From: Deltaproteobacteria bacterium
Lineage (GTDB): Bacteria; Desulfobacterota_D; UBA1144; Nemesobacterales; CSP1-2
DNA length: 64,000 bases
Assembly (NCBI GenBank): GCA_052390235.1
Contig: JBQTHB010000005.1
Location: 224,001-288,000, forward strand
Direction of reading: 5' to 3'
The notes under the pieces were generated by a model. That model was not told the origin of the DNA. It did no database searches and worked only from the letters and a program-made list of their open reading frames with translations. Both the position numbers and the translations under genes were made by a program. Below, in pieces: positions 60,731 through 64,000 of the stretch (positions within the stretch are counted from its first letter, which is position 1; each line of letters starts with the position of its first letter).

Positions 60731-61348
60731 ATGGCTTTCGGAAAAAAAAACGGACAATCAAAACCCTCGAACGACGACGAAGCGCTTTTTGATGAGCCGT
60801 CTGCGCGCAAGGTCTTTGACTTCGACCTGGTAGAGTCGCCGGACGACGGGGTTTTCGCAGACGACTACGGCTCTCCGCCCTCTTTTTATCCGCCTTCTGG
60901 CAGTGAAGAGGTCATAGCCTACGACATCGCCCCTGCCGGGCTTAGGCTGATAGCCTTTGTTTTGGACGTTTTTTTAATTCTCGCCCTTGCCGCCGGAACG
61001 GTCGTTGCCGCGTTTAAAGCCATCGGCGTTGAGATTGGCTTCGCCGAGGCGCGCACAGCCGTATCCGGGGGCTTCCTCAGGGCGTACTTGGTTTTTATTA
61101 TCTTCTCCGCGGGCTATTTCATACTCCTTCACGCGGTTGGCGGAAGGACTATCGGCAAAATGTTTATGGGGATTCGCGTCATTGCTTGCGACGGGGGGCT
61201 TCCGAGGCTCAGAGGCTCTTTCGCGCGGTTCGCCGGATATTTCGTCTCAGCCGCGTTTTTACTGCTCGGCTTCCTGTGGGCGTTGTTCGATTCAAAGGGG
61301 CAGGCATGGCACGATAAAATCGCCGGAACCTATGTGGTGAAGGATTGA
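60731..61348 (+). CDS. RDD family membrane protein with an acidic N-terminal extension
   Basis: RLIAFVLD, GRTIGK..MGIRV and QAWHDKIAGTYVV. Confidence 0.9.
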   Translation: MAFGKKNGQSKPSNDDEALFDEPSARKVFDFDLVESPDDGVFADDYGSPPSFYPPSGSEEVIAYDIAPAGLRLIAFVLDVFLILALAAGTVVAAFKAIGVEIGFAEARTAVSGGFLRAYLVFIIFSAGYFILLHAVGGRTIGKMFMGIRVIACDGGLPRLRGSFARFAGYFVSAAFLLLGFLWALFDSKGQAWHDKIAGTYVVKD

Positions 61349-61361
61349 CTCTAATACTTTC

Positions 61362-62615
61362 ATGAATCCGATAATTGACGAGCTGAACAGAAAAATAACC
61401 GCTAGAGCCGACGCCGTAGAGCGGTGGATATGGGAGCATCGAAGCAAAATCGCCCTCCCCCTGTACACGTCCGTTGACCTTAGGGCGTCCCGCTATAAAA
61501 TCGCGCCGGTTGACACGAACATCTTCCCCGCCGGATTCAATAATCTGTCTCCAGCCTCGAGGGAGCGGGCGGCGTCCCTTTTCCAAGCCTCGCTCATACG
61601 CAAACACCCTAACTCCCGAAGCATTCTCATTGTCCCGGAGCTTCACACGAGAAATCCCCATTACTGGGAAAACGTCTCGGCTATAAAATCCATACTTCAA
61701 GCCGGAGGCTTCCGCGCCGAATTGGGACTCGTCGGAGACGATATTGCCGCCGAAGAGGCGGTGTTCGCCACGGCATCGGGGGGAGAGATCCGGGCGTCGA
61801 AGGTCAGGCGCATCGGCTATAAGATTTTTACGGAGGGCTTTGTTCCCGACATCGTCCTTATCAACAACGATTTCTCCGTGAACTGCCCCGCTATACTCAG
61901 GGACATCTCCCAGCCCGTAGAGCCTCCCGTTGAAATCGGCTGGCATACGCGGAGAAAAAACGTCCATTTCAATTTCTATAACGCCCTTGCCGCAGAAATC
62001 GCCCAAATCCTCGGCATTGACCCGTGGACAATTGCCATTGACACAGAACTCCAGCAGAACGTGGACTTCGATTCCCAGGACAGAGAACTGCTCGCCGCCT
62101 CAGTGGATTCGATGATTCAGAGATTAGCTCTGGAACATCTCGAAAGGGGAATCCCAGATGCCCCCTTTGTTTTCGTCAAGAGCAACCGCGGCACTTACGG
62201 AATGGCGGTAATGAACGCCCAAAACGGGCATGAAGTCCGCTCGCTCAACGCCGACGGGAGAAAGCGCATGAGGGTCAGCAAGGGGGGGAGACCAGTGCGA
62301 GACGTAGTGATTCAGGAGGGGATACCGACTTCTCTGAGGTTTGATGGCGGTACAACTGCAGAGCCTGTGCTTTATCTGATAGAGGCGAGCGTCGCCGGGG
62401 GGTTTTTAAGGATGAACCGGGGGAGAACTGAGTTTGAGAACCTGAACACCAGGGGTATGGAGTTTGCGCCAATCCCTTTGGGCGCGCGCGCCGGCCTGCC
62501 GCCCGCTTATGAGCTTGTCGCCCGCGTGGCGAGCCTTGCGGCGGGCTACGAGATAGAAAAAGCCCTTAGAGAGGGAGGATGCGCGAAGGACGCGGCACAG
62601 GCGCGTGTGGGCTGA
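61362..62615 (+). CDS. gshA: Glutamate--cysteine ligase (ATP-grasp GshA type)
   Basis: YTSVDLR, APVDTNIFPAGFNNL, GTYGMAV, IQEGIPT, AEPV and NLN. Confidence 0.88.
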   Translation: MNPIIDELNRKITARADAVERWIWEHRSKIALPLYTSVDLRASRYKIAPVDTNIFPAGFNNLSPASRERAASLFQASLIRKHPNSRSILIVPELHTRNPHYWENVSAIKSILQAGGFRAELGLVGDDIAAEEAVFATASGGEIRASKVRRIGYKIFTEGFVPDIVLINNDFSVNCPAILRDISQPVEPPVEIGWHTRRKNVHFNFYNALAAEIAQILGIDPWTIAIDTELQQNVDFDSQDRELLAASVDSMIQRLALEHLERGIPDAPFVFVKSNRGTYGMAVMNAQNGHEVRSLNADGRKRMRVSKGGRPVRDVVIQEGIPTSLRFDGGTTAEPVLYLIEASVAGGFLRMNRGRTEFENLNTRGMEFAPIPLGARAGLPPAYELVARVASLAAGYEIEKALREGGCAKDAAQARVG

Positions 62616-62685
62616 GAGGGCGGCTCTCGACCTGCGCAAAATATCGGCGGAGGCTAGAATCAGGAAAATAAAAATTATAGTCCCC

Positions 62686-63291
62686 GTGCTGAGCCGCGAT
62701 GCGAACGTTAGCCGGGGGCGACGTCTCGAATATATCACTATCGGCTGGAACTCTGTGGAGGCGATAGTCGCCCTCGGCGCAGGGGTTGTTTCCGGGAGCA
62801 GCGCTCTAATTGGGTTCGGCGTTGATTCGGTCATCGAGAGTCTGTCGGGAGCGGTTTTATTGTGGCGGCTTTTGGGGAGCGAGCGCCGCGAAGAGCTGGC
62901 TCTGAGGCTCGTCGGGCTAAGTTTTCTTGCGCTTGCCATTTATGTAGCTTTCGATGCAGGAAAATCCCTGTTTCTGCGCGAACCTCCAGATGCGAGCTAC
63001 GTCGGAGTCGGGCTTGCGGTTTTGTCGTTAATTGTTATGCCGATTCTGGCGAGGGCAAAACAGCGCGTCGCTGATGAAATAAATAGCCGAGCTTTGGCGG
63101 CGGATTCCCGCCAGACCGAGATTTGCGCTTACCTTTCGGCTATTTTACTAATGGGACTGGGCTTAAACTCTCTATTCGGGTGGTGGTGGGCAGACCCCAT
63201 CGCCGCACTGGCGATGACGCCCATAATTTTCATAGAAGGAATTCGAGCCTTGCGCGGTGAGGCTTGTTGCGGCGGAGAGCGCCGAGGTTGA
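62686..63291 (+). CDS. Cation diffusion facilitator-like transporter (TMEM163-like; start uncertain)
   Basis: WNSVEA, GFGVDSVIE, SRALAADS and WWWADPIAAL. Confidence 0.85.
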   Translation: MLSRDANVSRGRRLEYITIGWNSVEAIVALGAGVVSGSSALIGFGVDSVIESLSGAVLLWRLLGSERREELALRLVGLSFLALAIYVAFDAGKSLFLREPPDASYVGVGLAVLSLIVMPILARAKQRVADEINSRALAADSRQTEICAYLSAILLMGLGLNSLFGWWWADPIAALAMTPIIFIEGIRALRGEACCGGERRG

Positions 63292-63338
63292 CCCCCAACT
63301 CCCGCGCCATGATGCGAATAAAAAACCTGCGCGTAAAT

Positions 63339-63367
63339 TTGACAAAAGCCACTTATTTAACTATCCT
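63339..63367 (+). promoter_or_regulatory. Putative sigma70 promoter of the tRNA
   Basis: TTGACA, 17 nt, TATCCT, 25 nt upstream of the tRNA. Confidence 0.65.
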
Positions 63368-63391
63368 AAGGCATTCTAAGCGATACAATTT

Positions 63392-63465
63392 GGGCCCATA
63401 GCTCAGCAGGTTAGAGCGGCGGACTCATAATCCGTTGGTCCCTGGTTCGAATCCGGGTGGGCCCA
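63392..63465 (+). tRNA. tRNA with CAT anticodon, probably tRNA-Ile2 (lysidine-modified); CCA not encoded
   Basis: GGGCCCA/TGGGCCC acceptor stem, CT-CAT-AA loop, GGTTCGAATCC; lacks initiator hallmarks. Confidence 0.9.
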
Positions 63466-63598
63466 TATTTTCATCGGGTCTTTAGATGACAAAAGACAGC
63501 GAATACGACTCTTTCCCACAATTTAACTTTCTCTCCAGCAGTCAAAAAACCCCGCAATTAATCAGTCCAAAAATTAAATACAATTCAAAGAGGTGGAA

Positions 63599-64000
63599 AT
63601 GAGAGAACAATTTACGGCTCTCGAATCGCTCCAGTGTCTCGATTTGAAGTTGAGAGATTTACAGGAGAATATCGAGAAATATCCAAGGGAAATAGCTCGC
63701 TTTAACGAGTACCTCTCTAGGCTCAAAGAGTCCATCGCCAAATCCAAAGGCGAACTCGCCGCATCCATGCTCCAAAAATCCCAAGCCGAACTGAAACTCG
63801 CGTCGAGCCAAGAGGGGATTAAAAAATCCGAGCAGAAGCTCTTTGAAATCAAAACCTACAGAGAGTATGAAGCCCTTCAGAAGGAAATCGTCGAGATTAA
63901 AAAATCCAATTCCCAGCTTGAAGATGTTATCCTCGAGCAATTGGAGAGGGCCGAATCCCTAGAGAGGGGCATTAAATCCGAGGAAGCGACTCTTGCCGAA
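63599..64000 (+). CDS. CT398-like coiled-coil protein (C4 zinc-ribbon family), truncated by the window end
   Basis: GAGGTG SD; MREQFTALESLQCLD...IKTYREYEALQKEI...LED open to the end; absent from the ORF track. Confidence 0.8.
   Translation, partial: MREQFTALESLQCLDLKLRDLQENIEKYPREIARFNEYLSRLKESIAKSKGELAASMLQKSQAELKLASSQEGIKKSEQKLFEIKTYREYEALQKEIVEIKKSNSQLEDVILEQLERAESLERGIKSEEATLAE

Noticed and set aside
61209..62006. Long antisense ORFs (this one, 13886-14608, 31933-32646, 52447-53043, 56180-56809, 59426-60058)
   Set aside because: Each shadows a well-supported gene on the opposite strand and has no recognisable motifs.

Overview
A bacterial chromosomal window of mostly housekeeping genes, probably from a deltaproteobacterial-type or Dadabacteria-like Gram-negative organism (inferred from gene content only). 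It contains the replication origin. dnaA-dnaN flank a clear oriC (19918-20150) with tandem DnaA boxes, an IHF-like site, a GC clamp, DnaA-trios and an AT-rich unwinding element. A second, separate DnaA-box cluster abuts a parS site just after mnmE (9184-9338). DnaA appears to carry an N-terminal extension resembling the ParA-binding peptide of ParB. Other genes: tolQRA, radC, chrA, gyrB, dcd, a UvrD/PcrA helicase, comF, gspL/M/N, pheA, pilMNOPQ followed by two unknown acidic lipoproteins, a Dsb oxidoreductase, purB, ispDF, comEC, rho, an orphan nuoM, an m4C-methylase plus MvaI/BcnI-family R-M pair, a MoxR ATPase, a degenerate GAF-GGDEF protein, ftsB, a lipid/phosphosugar-like cluster with an unknown aldolase-like protein, gshA and two tRNAs. 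Accessory signals are a stand-alone PD-(D/E)XK nuclease, a REP/MITE-like repeat element and strong apparent GATC avoidance. No CRISPR array, rRNA, integrase or transposase was seen. All calls come from reading the sequence and recognising motifs; no database searches were run.
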